Source: Ramazzottius varieornatus
Taxonomy: Eukaryota > Animalia > Tardigrada
Length of the DNA: 64,000 nt
Assembly: GCA_001949185.1 (NCBI GenBank)
Contig: BDGG01000006.1
Span: 1,532,827-1,596,826 of the forward strand
Direction: 5' to 3'
How positions within the stretch are numbered: position 1 is the stretch's first letter; each line of letters begins with the position of its first letter. This document shows, one piece after another, positions 49,329-61,971 of the stretch. Under the pieces are notes generated by a model. That model was not told the origin of the DNA. It was given only the letters and a program-made list of their open reading frames with translations, and ran no database searches. The translations under genes were made by a program, and so were the position numbers.

Positions 49329-49935
49329 TTCTCAGGTCTAGCTGCGAGCATTGACTGCACCGAACGAGTATGTGGTCATTGTGGGGCCAGAAGAGACTCA
49401 GCGGGTTCGTGAGAGCATGGAGGTAGTCCAGGTTCACATCAAAGTTCCGCCTCGACACTCGGACACTTTTCGCAAAGCTGGTGCTTTAGTTCTCAAAGCG
49501 ATGATAGAGATTTCTGGATGCGGTGTGAAGCTACAGGAAAAGAAGGGCGGTCTTGAGATTACATTGACAGGTCTGCAGAGCGAGATACTTGCAGCTCGAC
49601 TGGTGCATCTACCGGGTCACAGGTGAAAACGGAACTGATCAAACGGAAGACGTCGTGGAAAACGTGGTGGGAGAGATCAAGCGAGACGCAACTTCCGAAG
49701 GTAAGACTGACTAAGTTAAATCTCCTATTGAATCGTACCCATGTCATGAAGATCTCACTCAGTAACATATTCGCGCGGATTGTGGACTGTGTGGTCTGCT
49801 TGTCGGAACGCGCCACGGCGTCCTTCATTCTTTGTGGTCTTATGTACACTTGTCCAGCCTGCGCCGAGACGGTCCTCCAGAGCGACAGTCCAAAGTGTCC
49901 GACTTGCCGAGGAGAAATAGAAGGAGAAGGATTAA

Positions 49936-52900
49936 GGGCTTACAAAGATGAGGTTCGCTCGGTCGTGTAATTAACCTGATCTTGTTGGTGGATCCGCCCT
50001 CTATTTATTTCAAGCAATCAAACCCCCGAGATACTCCTGATACGTTGAACGGTCTACTTCAGACTCTAAAGCCCCGAACGTGTAAATTTTCAAACATTCC
50101 GATTCCTATTTTGAACTTCACATATTTCTATTCGCACAACGCGCCTCTTGATTTTCTTGCGAACATGCCTCAGCTGAAGGAAAGAACCCTTATTCTCAGA
50201 AAGATTGTCCATCGTATCGGATTTTTACGCTCATCTGCTGGCCTTTGTGTGTCATCGCCAGACGAGAGTGACCAGTCTTCCGCCGAGTCGAGCAGCAGCG
50301 ACGATTAAGTGACCGTACTTACAGCTCGACGTCGCATCTTGAAGAAGTGTCGATACATCCACAAAAGATCCTTCGTTCCCAAAAGCACCCACTTTGTGGA
50401 CAGCATTTTGAGTAAGCTAAACGACGCTCGTTTTAAAGAAGATGTCCGTATATCGAGGGAAGCCTCTTCGAATCTCGTGAACCGCTTGTACACAAATCTC
50501 GTGTTCAGTAACGCATCACGGAGTTCCCAACGTCCATTTGAGCTCCAACTGATGGTAGCACTGTTTCTTTTTGAGTGCTCAGATGATGGTGCTGCTGTTG
50601 GTAAAGTGGCACGTCATTTCGGTGTATCAGAAGGGGCTGTCGGGCTATATACCAACAGAGTTATTGTGGCGCTGCTCAGCATGGAGGAAGACGTAGTTTT
50701 CTGGCCGAATTCTACAGAGAAGAAGTACATAAAAAACGGATCTCTGAACAGCCAGCATTTCCAAACTGGTTGGGATTCGTGGATGGAACTCTTATTGCTT
50801 TCGCTAACAAGCCCAACATGGAAGGCTCGGACTACTTCAGTCATAAGTCAAGGTATGGAATCAACACGCTAATTATATGTGACGTTCAGAAGCGGATCAG
50901 GTATTTGTTCGCAGGATTTTGTGGGTCCGCGCATGACAACCGCGTATCCAACAACTCCAAGCTCTCGAGGTTTCCTGATAAGTTCGTTAGCGGCGGAAAG
51001 TTCATACTGGCTGTTAGTGCGTACACGAACACTCCCAACCTAATCTGCTCCAAGGAACCTGCTGCTTTGCGGGAGGAGAACGAGCAGTTCAACTATCGAC
51101 AATCTCAAGGTCGTATGAAGATTGAAAACTGAAATGGTATGCTGACGGGTAGATTTCAGACCCTGAACTACGAGGTGTTCTGAATAATGCTGACGACCAT
51201 CGAAAGATCGTTTACAGGATCCGGGCTTGCTGCATTCTGCACAATCTAGTGACGCAAGACTACTACAACCCTGAGTGGAATGATGACTCAAAAGAAGAGG
51301 AACACTCGGAAGGAGAAGATCATCCAGCCACCCAAATAATTTTGATAACAGAGAGGAATCAAAAGAGAGTTTATTAAACAAGTGGTGCTAGAAGCACATG
51401 GATACGTGGAATAACTGTTGTTGAAGATCTTTCTTCTCTGGCTGCTGTTTGATGCTCGCAAGTTGAATCTCTAACAAGAGATTTGCGGACTGCGCTTCTG
51501 TTCGTCTGGCTCCGGCTTCTAGTCGTTTGCAGTGCTTCTATGCGTTTTTCGTGCTGATATCCAGCTGCCTTTTCCAGTGCCAGCGTTTTCCTGGGGGATA
51601 TTACGATCTTCTCAGCTTCCAAATCCAGCTTCCTGGTCTCGTGGCCTTCTACTACCCCGTCGTAGCTGAGGAACTTCCTTCGTGTCGAAGAAGGCTTCTT
51701 GTTTCCGCTAAGAGTCATGGAACCTTCGGCTTGGTTTTTTCTCGCTTTCCACATTTTTTTTCGCTTAAAAGTCACGTGCTAATGTTAAGTCTACGTGGTC
51801 AGCTGACTGCAAGTAAAATCAATTATCACTGACGAATTTCAATTTTTCAAATTAAAGTTCGATTCCTATTAGGGATCGATAAATCAAGCGAACACCAACC
51901 CGCAGAATTAAAAGGATTTTAATTATTAAAATCGACTTCCCACTATGAAGCTTAAAATAATACTGGTAACCATCTTGGGACTGTCACGGAATACAGGATG
52001 TAAGCGGCTCGAGAAGCGACATGCTTGTTTCACCTTATCTAGAAATAAAAGACAGGTTTTCGGATGAAAAAGTGATGAAACTTGGAATTCGAAACGGTGT
52101 ACCTCTGCTTGCAATTACAAGTCCAACTTTCACCACTTCACAACCCATTGCGCTAAATCAGCAATCAACTACCCAGAACATAATCCGGAATAATCGCTTG
52201 ATTGCTTGACAAGTCTGACCAGGCTTTTTGACTGCTAAAAGCCTGGTCAGATTTGCTTGGATAGCCTGAGACTGAGCATACCTTTGCGAGTGATGATCTA
52301 CTGCTGGATATCGTCCTCTGTCACACCTTTCCCCGTTGTCCCAAACAGTACACAGGCATCAGAGCTTTCAAAGGATGTGAGCTCGGACTTGATGGAATCT
52401 ACGTACACGTTGTCGATGCCATTTGTTTTCAAATAATCCACAACCGATCGTAGTACTGCCATCTGCGTGTTTTTAGACGACTTCTGACCGGCTGCCGTTT
52501 TGGTCCCAGCGCAACGCCGCTTAGCCTAGTTGCCTCGCTCTTTGATCCGCTCCAAAAGGTAGTCCTGAGCGGCGGTGTTGGCCAATCGAAACTGTGGTCC
52601 CCGAGGCTTGGGATTGTGCTTGCCGGTGGCTCCGACAAAAGGAGCACTCGACCCCAGTTGTAACTGCGGACTTGATTGTTTAGCCCGGTTGGGCTGTAGC
52701 GGTGGCATGCTTGTTTGAGCATCACGAAAAAAGCCAGGACGGTATCAAAGAAGGGGAGACTTGGAGAAGGACTAGGTTACAGAAATAGCGTTGGTAAAGC
52801 GAAATAAAAACTGAAAATTCCGTCAGCTGGTGGGAGTACGAGTCGCGCCGGAGTAGGTCGTAATTATACCGAAAAGCTGGTGGAATGTGAGTCTTGGTGG

Positions 52901-52988
52901 ATCGTATGGCCCAATCGTGCGGTGCGGGCGGAGTCAATTCCACCAACGGTGTAATCCGACCAGCGGTGGAATCTATCTTTGTAAGCCC
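49936..52988 (+). mobile_element. PIF/Harbinger transposon with convergent transposase (+) and Myb/SANT-like ORF (-), decayed
   Basis: TIRs GGGCTTACAAAGAT / ATCTTTGTAAGCCC with TAA / TGA flanks; GFVDGTLI, YFSHKSRYGIN, GSAHDNRV, FNY..R.KIEN transposase motifs with frameshifts; minus-strand relic with TGKGV and a coiled-coil tail. Confidence 0.9.
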
Positions 52989-53364
52989 TGATTACCTCTG
53001 ATCACCTCCGATAACTTCCGTACGTCACAGCTACTTTCTCTGCTAAAACTGCAATATGGAGATCGCGATAGGTGGCGAAGCCAAAAAGCTGCTGACGTCA
53101 TGTGCGTCAAGCGTGAATCAGATGTTCGGTCAAGAATTCTCTCAACAACAAGATTTCACCTTCAAGAATCGTTTTCCAATGTCTTCTTACTCCACATACT
53201 TCGACCTACTGTTTTGGGATGCGGGTGGGCCAAAGAATCCTTTGGACATTCGCCATCGATGCGGAAGTCAAAATGTTCCTGGAAATCTAGAGACGGAAAT
53301 GGCGTAATGGATCGCCGTAGCTGATTGATCTTGCGGCTGACTCGCAAACGCCGTGAACAAAAGG

Positions 53365-53961
53365 TAGCGCTGGCAAAAATACGATACAATTCGATACGAT
53401 ATTTTTCGATACAATATCGGCGGATATTTTATTGCGGTCTTCATTCTATATCGATATTTCGATACGATATTTTTCCGATACCGTATTTTCGACATATCGC
53501 ATGATATCGCAGCGATATATCGATATTTCTGGATTTTTAGTTTTTCGGAATTCCACTGGTTCAGGCCCAAAAACTCAAGAAGCCGTTTTCCACATAAAGT
53601 ATTAGTAAGATCGAAACCGTCGGATGCAGCAGAGACATGACTATACCAAGACTTCAAACACATGGAGACCTGGACAGAATGGGCGGAGTGTACTCGGTAC
53701 ACCATGGCCAAAATCAAGTCTCTGAAATCAACCATGGTTATCCGTAAACGAGATATCGCTGGCGAGTTTGTCATTCAGCAAGACACCGATATATCGAGGA
53801 TATATCGATATGGCGCGATACGATATCGCCGAATATTCTATTGCGTTATTCGATATGAGCTTCATTTCGATATTTTCGATACGATATCTGCCGCATATTT
53901 CATCGTAAAGATTCGATATATTTCGATACGATATCGGTAGACCATATCGTTGCCAGCACTA
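53365..53961 (+). mobile_element. hAT MITE (CGATA-rich family), copy 2
   Basis: TIRs TAGCGCTGGCAA / TTGCCAGCACTA; perfect 8-bp TSD ACAAAAGG. Confidence 0.92.
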
Positions 53962-55393
53962 ACAAAAGGATCGATGTGACGTACAGAAATTATCGCAGGT
54001 ATCAAATACAGTAAATGTCAGCTGATGAGCTTTCGGTACCCGCCTCCAGGTCATAATGAAATGCGTACTCGTACTCCATTTGGATCAGTCCACCATATTC
54101 TCGAGAACTTCCGACGCCTATCTACCCTCACTGGAAAGCGAACACGGATCGAACGGCGGATTAGAAGCCGTTCGTGTGCTTTGATGTCTTCACGACACCC
54201 TTTGTTGGAGTGGGGGGAATGGCCGCTCATGTAATTGGATTGGACGTTTTTTTTACCCGAGACATGGGTATGATAGGGACATGAGGCAAAAACCCATAAA
54301 ATCGGCCAAAGACCGCAAAATAGCCCAAAAATCTCGAAGGTAAATCTTGTTGACCAGAAGAACGAGACATAGGAGTAAAATCAGCATGCAGAAATTTTTT
54401 GCAGTCATTCCAGTTTCCGTTTTAGACATGCTTAATCTCCCCAAAACGGTACCCACCCTCCAAAACATCAGGCAGAGAGTTACGAGAATAGGTTAAGCAT
54501 GATACTTTACTGGGAACAGCCCCTCAGCACCGATCTCTTTGCCGAATGAAGGTCTTATGATGTACACCATGGCAGCTTCCAACTTTGACCCGTCCAACTG
54601 TGCCTCCGTCAGGATTCCCTCTCAGCTTCTTCGAGTCTCGACGACAAATACTTGACCTGCTGGAAAGACAAGAAGATTACAGAATGAAACGGAAAGCAAA
54701 GGCTTGCTAAAATACAGCACTCTCCGCCAGCCGCGTCAAGGCCGTGGCAAGGCCTTAGGCACAATCAACAATCCAGCTCTGATTGTCAATTGTCCGAGAG
54801 CAAAGGCAGGCATGATTTGGAAACGGGAGCCGCACGTTGGAGCTTACCTTCTTCTGCCGCAACACTCTCCAGACGCCCAGCGCTGACAGGAACGTCCAGA
54901 AGCGTCCCAATTGTAACAGGAAGGAATACTATTCGTTAAGAACCCTCAATTAGGCGCAAAAAACTGTACCAGCGAGCGATTTTTCACAGCTTGCTTTGGT
55001 TGGCACTAACATCTTTAGCTGGTTCGATCATCATTGTTGCTGCTTTCTTTCATCGCTAATAGCATGGCCAGTCAGGGGAACATACTCTACAAGATAGAAG
55101 ATAGGCAGGTTCGAAACACACCAGGCAGCAAGAGCTGGCATTCAAGGGCGAATTTCAAGATGCATTACCTGACAATGGGCAACAGCTGTCACAGCCGGGG
55201 AGATCCCCTCCGCTCACACAAACAATTCCTCCGACTCCTATCCATCCTCGGTCTTCATTTCCACGTTGACGGCTTCGGATGGCAGCAACAGAACTTGGAG
55301 TGAAGGAAGAGAAACGAAGACTGAACGAGAACAAACAAAACGTCCAGCTGTTGAAGTTGAAATTCAAAAATAAATTCCAATTTTTAAAATTCA

Positions 55394-57482
55394 CGAGGGG
55401 ATTATGCCTGTCCCCACCTCTTTTTGGTCAAACTGTCCTGGCGGAACGAGAGAGGAGAGTCTCTTCAAGGATCTGAGCCAGTGAGCTAAATCCCGCGTCG
55501 ATCCTGGAACAAACTACAGGGACTCGGAAGTGACGTCAGAAATTTATTTCAATAACGTAGAAATGTAATGTCTTGTAGGTCCACGTTAGACCTAACAAAC
55601 AAACCCTGAAACCCATCAGTAAACAAACTTGTTACGGCAAATAGATAGTACAGAAATAATGAGCGTCATAAAAGTGATGGAAGCAAAGACGGGCCTTACA
55701 CCACCCGCAAACCAGAAGAACAATGTCTCCGCAGTTCTCGTGAAGACAACTGCCTTTCAGCTTATCAAACATAAACTTGGCTGGATTAACATACATGAAA
55801 CGTTCGTCGGTATATCCCCACTTATGCCAAGCTTCAGCTATCAAATTTTCGAACCTGGGCGACTGAAACTGTTGGTACAGCAAAGAGTGCAATCTCAAAA
55901 TCACATCGCGATGATGCCCTGGAACGGGTAAATCGTGCAAAAAGACAAAGTCGGATTTCTTGAAGCAGCCTTTGTACATCCTAAAGCATAACACATCCAG
56001 CGGTTGAATTTGACCGGTAACTTTCGGTGGGATGGTCAGCATTTCGTACTCCAGCTCTTCCGGTTTCAGTTCAATCACAGAATCTTGATCGGTGAAGGTC
56101 TTCCACGGGTCGGCCAAGAAAATGCACCGCTCTTCCATATGAGGAAAAAACTTTTTCTGACCACTCTAAGTAGAGCTTCTTGGTCATCTTCCCGGATGTC
56201 GAAGCAGTGACATACAGATTATCAGCCTTGAACATCGTTCTCGACACGATTGGACCAAAGACTTCTTCCTCTTCCTTCAGCGTTGGGAAAAGAACAGGAA
56301 GAAACTTACGCCTGCCCGGGGAGACCGCCATCATCACACTGTAGCTATATGTCATGGAATTCTCCGACCGAGTGATCGCTTCCACGTGTTTTACTCCAGC
56401 AGTTTTCAAAGTTCTTCTTGGTCTCATCTCATATTCAAAGCCTGATTGATCCGCATTCCACAGACAGTCTAACCCGTACTCTGCGATCCTTGATCTGACA
56501 AGCGCAACGCAGGCTTCAGCACTTTCCTTGACGTGAGGCGCTTCTTGTATGGATTTCTTGGTGACGAACTTGGTTATTTTCCGGTCAACGATCCCATAAT
56601 ATCTGGAAAATATTAATTTCGTTTTTGAAGGAAATCGAAGCACAAGTGGCCAACGTGAGACGCTTCTTCTTCACGGCGTTTCTCCAGTATGTAACCGCAC
56701 GTTCCTTGTACTCCAAGTTGACTAACTGATCCACTGGAAGCTTAGGGTTAGGAAGTCGTGGGATGTATAGCTCATGGGAAGAAGGTTCAGTTCCGCTGGA
56801 AACAGGCTCAAGCAGTCTATCAGGTTCCGTAACGTCGAAGTCAGCTTCACTTCGGCTATTCAGCAGGTTGCACTGGACAACAGATGCTTCGTGATCTTCA
56901 AATGACTCGACGCGGATCTGCAGATCATACTGGAGGTCTTCTTCAACGGCATATACAGGAGTAACACTTTGGGTGATCTTCGAGTCGATGAAATCTAGGA
57001 AAGATTACGAATCAAATTAGTATCGTTTTTATTTTCGAGCTCCAGTGCACAGCAAGATTACCTTTAACTATGTCCTTGAACTGCCTGTCAGCTTTGCTTG
57101 GAAAGTCGTCGATACGGTAGTGCAGTTTGTAGTCCCATTGCAGCAGCTTGATAACATTCAGCAAGTTGATGGATTCCATTTCAGAGAAGTGCAGGAATGA
57201 ATGAGAAAATGAGAGAAGGTTGAAAAACAACAGAAAACTTGATAAGCAGGAAGCACAGGCTCAATCAACAACCGAATCAACCATCGAAAAATCAAGTCTT
57301 GATTGTTTATTACTCTGCTTATATACCGCCCTACTTTTGACGTCACTCCCGAGTCCCTGTAGTTTGTTCCAGGATCGACGCGGGATTTAGCTCACTGGCT
57401 CAGATCCTTGAAGAGACTCTCCTCTCTCGTTCCGCCAGGACAGTTTGACCAAAAAGAGGTGGGGACAGGCATAATCCCCTCG
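55394..57482 (-). mobile_element. Tc4/Tc5-like (pogo-related) DNA transposon
   Basis: ~143-bp nearly identical TIRs starting CGAGGGGATTATGCC; 3-bp TCA on both flanks; transposase WNADQSGF..SGKMTK..IPPKVTGQIQPLDV with a frameshift at ~56145. Confidence 0.9.
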
Positions 57483-59892
57483 TCAGCCAGGCTGCACTTG
57501 AACTGCTCAAGCTGAGCCAGCACGAGTGACGTCACAAGCGATCAGCATGATGGCTTGATCGGCTTGATTGGCCAAAACGCCGTGTCTCGAAGATACACGG
57601 TGTCGAGGAGACTTTGCACTGCAGGTAGTAGCCAACGTTTTCGTGGTGTGGAAAGTTTCTGTTTTCGGTTTCCAGTGAGGGTTAATACATCTCCAAGATG
57701 TTTGAACAAAACAGCAGGTTTTTGTGAATACCACTTTGTTCAAGGTAGCAACAAATTTTTGGGCCATCATAATTACCTTGAAGGTCGCAACCATCTTAGA
57801 ACCGTGAATATAGAAAGACAATGTGTTTGAGCGGAGTAATTCAACTGCAATTGCTTTCATAGAGGTGAAAACAGGCTGGTTATTTCGCCAATGTTATGTC
57901 ACTTCGATCCAGACAGGTCGACTAAGATTCATACCGACGCAAGTGGAGTCGGGAAAAGCACTGTTGTCATTCAGAGAGATCAAATTTTACGGACGACACG
58001 AGGGCCAGCAGAGACTTAAGAGCATCCCTACGAGGTAAAGGACATGGTAAAGGACTCGTAGTGAAATTCACGACCGCCGGGAAAACATTAATCAAGGCGG
58101 ATCCGTGGTCTAAGCATGTACGAAGCACTTCCCTTTGCACGCCCAAGATGTTGAGCTACAAACCCATACAGTATGCATATCGACCGTACACCGCTGGCCG
58201 CCTAGCCATAAAAATATGGGAGACCTTAAAGCGCAGTGATTCAATGAGAAGCTTTCGAATGTGCATCGCAAGTTGCTCTCACATGGTGCGGAATTGCACG
58301 GGCTACAAACATAGGAACACTTTTAGCTACAAAATATTTTTCCTGAATCTCCAAGCAGGCTAAACCCCGTTTTGAAGTTCATAATTGTGCGTTTCTGAAT
58401 GGATTTGGATTTTGTTCAGCATCGTCTGAATAGGAACGGATATACGAATGAAGTGATTAGGGATACCTGTAGCGAATAGGATCAGCTGTACATGTGCGAC
58501 AGGAATTATGGGCCAATTCTCAAAGTTCTGAATATAATATTTCGAGATATCGCGATCGGAACTGAGGCAGAGAGGAGGAAGAGGGTTCTCTAACTTCTCT
58601 CTCGCCTCTTTCGGTGAGCTCATATGGTTCACCAAGCCTAGCTGAACATTGCGTGACTTGACCGGTGGCTAGCACTGATTACTCGAGTCACTCTTCAGCA
58701 TCCCTCTGAAACTCGATAGATGATGTCAGCAACTGAATTTACGCAGATCTTTAAACCAAGTGGCGCACGCTCTCAGCAAAGGATAGTGGAGACGTGCGCC
58801 ACTTGAAACAACCATCTGCATCAAGCCATCTGCCGACTTCCCATATACTCCGACCAAACACTCCCATGTTTACCGACTCGCCGAGCATTCGCTAGCCTCC
58901 AATTAGTATTTTCAATATTCAGAATATTAATAAAAATGAATGAAAAGCCAAGAAAATACGAAATAAAGTGAAACGCAAGCAACTGCACCGCTTCTAATGA
59001 AGTGCACGTAAGTATACGATGTTTTGATCAGTGAAAACAAAGCCTCCTTTGATCAGTGACTCGACTGCAGTGACCAGTGAGTAGGTCACACTGAGGCGAG
59101 TAGCCGCTGGTCTCTCTGTTTACTTTTCATGGCAGGCAGGGACGGCATGACAAAATGCCTCACAGACAGTCGACCGATCATCATTTATCAGTTTTCATAT
59201 TTTGTGAGTGGACTCAATCATCAGGTTCTTATTTTGTAGAGGTAGAGGGATGTCTATTCTACAGGAATATGATATTGCCGAAATCTGAATATTTTGTCGG
59301 AATATTCACGCTTGGGGTGGCCTTAAGAACCGAGTAGTCCCATACGGGCTGAACAATGGCTCCATGCATTCCAAATTGTGGCTCCAGGAAGTGGTCACTG
59401 GTCAGTGCCTCAGAGGCATTTCATCCCAATAGTTCGGAGAGAGCTATGACTGTTAGCTACCGCGTAAAAACATTGGTGCCATGATCGGCGTATGACATGG
59501 TCTGAAAGTCCTCTCGTTAGGGTTTGATCCGAATTTTCAATCCTCAAAGCTACTCTTGTAATAGTTGCGTCCAAGTGTTAGAGATTTAGAGTGCTATCTG
59601 TCATTAGGTTTATGTCCTCAAATAGTCTCGCGTTAACGTACAGTATATGCAGGGTCTGCGTGGAACGCTAACGTCAGACCGATCATGTTAAAACACTGAA
59701 GGCTAGTCATAGTCTGAGACAGACCTAGTCCTGTATCAGGAAAAACGGCGTCACACGAATCCATCGCTGTTTTTACTTGTAAAATTCAGGATTGGGCGGA
59801 ATGGAAACCCGAAGCACACTTTCTTGTGAAAGTAATCAAACAACTTGAATACCGCACGAACTGCGAAAAACTTATGATAAACTTTTTGTACA

Positions 59893-61971
59893 TCACTTCA
59901 CGAGAGCCGATCTTGCTTCAGCAGGTTTCGCCGCGTTGCCGACCCATTTGAAGAATCCGCACCGGGCATTCACATCGTTCTTCTCGCCTTCCGGTCTAGC
60001 GCACATGTAAAACTGCCGCTTCCGGTTCGGGCCCTGCTTGTTCACCGTCTTGAGGATACATGGCTCTTTGTGCCCCGAACACAACGGCATCGGATCGGGT
60101 CCCCGTAGGAGGCTCTTCCACTGAGTCGCCGCTCTCTCAGCCTTTTCGGTTCTATCCTTCTCTTCCTGCGCCAAAAACTCCACCACAGTAGTTTCTGACG
60201 CATTCAAACTAACGCTACTGTCCAAAGACGACAACGCTCCACTTTCCACGATTTCGGTATCGTCAGGTACTGCCAGCTTTCCTTGTTGTTCATATTTCTG
60301 GACAATCGGAACTTGCTTCTTCACAAAAAAGTCTGCTAAGGTTTTTTGCCCAGCTGATATTTTAGCGGAACTCAACTTTGAAACTGGTAACGACTTCTTA
60401 GAATTATTCTTAACTTTAGAAAACATTTTGCCGACGCTTTGATTCGTCAAAGAAATCGTGTCTTCGAGCCGAAGCTTTTTGTTTGGTGGATCAACCAGAG
60501 ACGCTGTTTCTCCGCGATCGACCTCCGAAACTTCGTCGGATGTTGACTGCTGCGAAGTAGGGTCGTTACCAAGTTTCTGGAAGAACGAAGGGATCTTCTG
60601 TTGTTTCCCACTGAATTCTGGCATGTATTTCGCGCAATGTGACGGTAATCTCTCCGCTGGCACCACTTCTACGTCGAAGTCTGCTCGGACAGGACAGTGG
60701 TCCGAGCCGTTGATTTCCGGTAGAATATCACAGTCACGGAAGTAATCTTTGACGAATAGAACATCAGCTAGAATGTAGTCGATCCGTGTGCCGTAGTTGA
60801 GCGAACGAGCGCCGGTCATGACTGACCAACACGTGTAGGCCTTTCGTCGAGTAGGGTGTTGGTAGCGGAACGTGTCGATCATGCGGTGGCCGGGTTCTGC
60901 GGACTGGTAGTCAGCCGTGAGGTTCGTGGAGGGTGAGTCCCTGGTGGCTTCGAAGAGAAACGAGTTCAGCCAAAGCCGAGGTGGAGCGATGGCCCAGTCA
61001 ACTTTGGAGCAATCGCAGGTATCGATGGGACGATGCGAAATGTTCATGTCACCGACGACCATCACATGCCTGGCGAAGGAAACGTTGATGGTTAGAGCGG
61101 TCCAGGTAACAACGCATATCGTCACGACATAACGAGATCCGAACTGATGACGTAAAGAAAATATTCACGGACACCGTAAAACTCAAGACGCCACAACAGC
61201 CTTTTTCCAGCCACAAAGACAGATGCCGTTCCGTCGTTGATTGTTTGAATCGGAAAATTCGCTCTGAATAATTCGACACAAGTACAAGATGACGTCATCA
61301 GATATTTCGAAAACAGTACAAATTCCACGCGGCACAAAGCATAACCGTGACGTAATGCGCCCTGTTAAACGGAAAACACAAATCATCCCAAGGCAACATC
61401 TATTTCCGTTTCGAGCTTACTTTCCATGTGCCAGAAGAGCTTCCACTCGGGCCTGGAGCATCTGACAGAACCAGATTTTGTAATCTTTCCGGTCTTCTCG
61501 ATCAGGAGCAACTCTAGGACAGTAGACGTTGAAGATGCACACGGACTTCCGTTGAATCCGCTCTCCGTCCTTTTCGTCGAACGCATGCTCCGTGATGATC
61601 ACGCGTCCTTCTTCGTCCAGCCGTTGCTGTTCCGCGGGTAGCTCTTCCCCCACTGCTCCATAACATCCCACTTTGTCATTCCACGCTGAGGGTACGAGTG
61701 AAGCATAGTAGCCAGAGATGCCTTCTTCCGCTGCAACAGGTCGAACAGCATCACGACAGTAGGTGGCCACGCCAGAGTAGCCACCTCGCTTTCTGGAGCA
61801 GGAGAAGTAGGCCGAGTATCCGTCTACTTCAGCGATGGTCTGGTCTAACATGCTACGCGCTACTTTGGTCTCTTGGAGGCAGATAACGTCGGCATCGAAG
61901 CTGTCCAGAAGGGATTTGAGTGGTCCACGCGCAGTACGGATTCCGTTGATGTTCCATGTCACGATCTTCAT
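59893..61971 (-). CDS. APEX2: DNA-(apurinic/apyrimidinic) endonuclease 2; 2 exons (intron 61070-61420)
   Basis: TWNINGIR, CLQETK, GYSGVAT, NVYCP, GDMNISH, YTCWS, NYGTRIDY, GSDHCPV; PIP boxes; C-terminal zf-GRF CSGHKEPC..GPN..FYMC..CGFFKW. Confidence 0.96.

Larger units (their letters stand above)
47577..49970 (+). pseudogene. CAP-Gly + KH(-KH) + MEX3-like RING gene, paralogue 3 (best preserved but disrupted)
   Basis: LNIG|DLVHV..WIGIELSGKFIGKGNSDGTFNGVRYFTC..ALFV (CAP-Gly); VHIKVP..LKAMIEISGCGVKL..ITLTG..ILAAR (KH without GXXG); CVVC..CGLMYTCPAC..CPTC (RING); in-frame stop ~48602, repeat insertion and gap, Harbinger inserted in the last codons. Confidence 0.7.
438..58802. repeat. Dispersed palindrome family GTGGCGCAC-N25-GTGCGCCAC (15 copies; span is first to last copy)
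   Basis: Left arms start at 438, 7515, 8032, 8102 (N24), 8725, 8806 (N30), 8892, 15060, 30324, 30400, 33551, 33633, 33714, 45351, 58760; spacers counted by hand. Confidence 0.85.

Noticed and set aside
55514-55538. ACTACA..CGGAAGTGACGTCA (ETS/CRE-like) as a host regulatory site, similar at ~46084
   Set aside because: Lies within transposon inverted repeats; no evidence of host function
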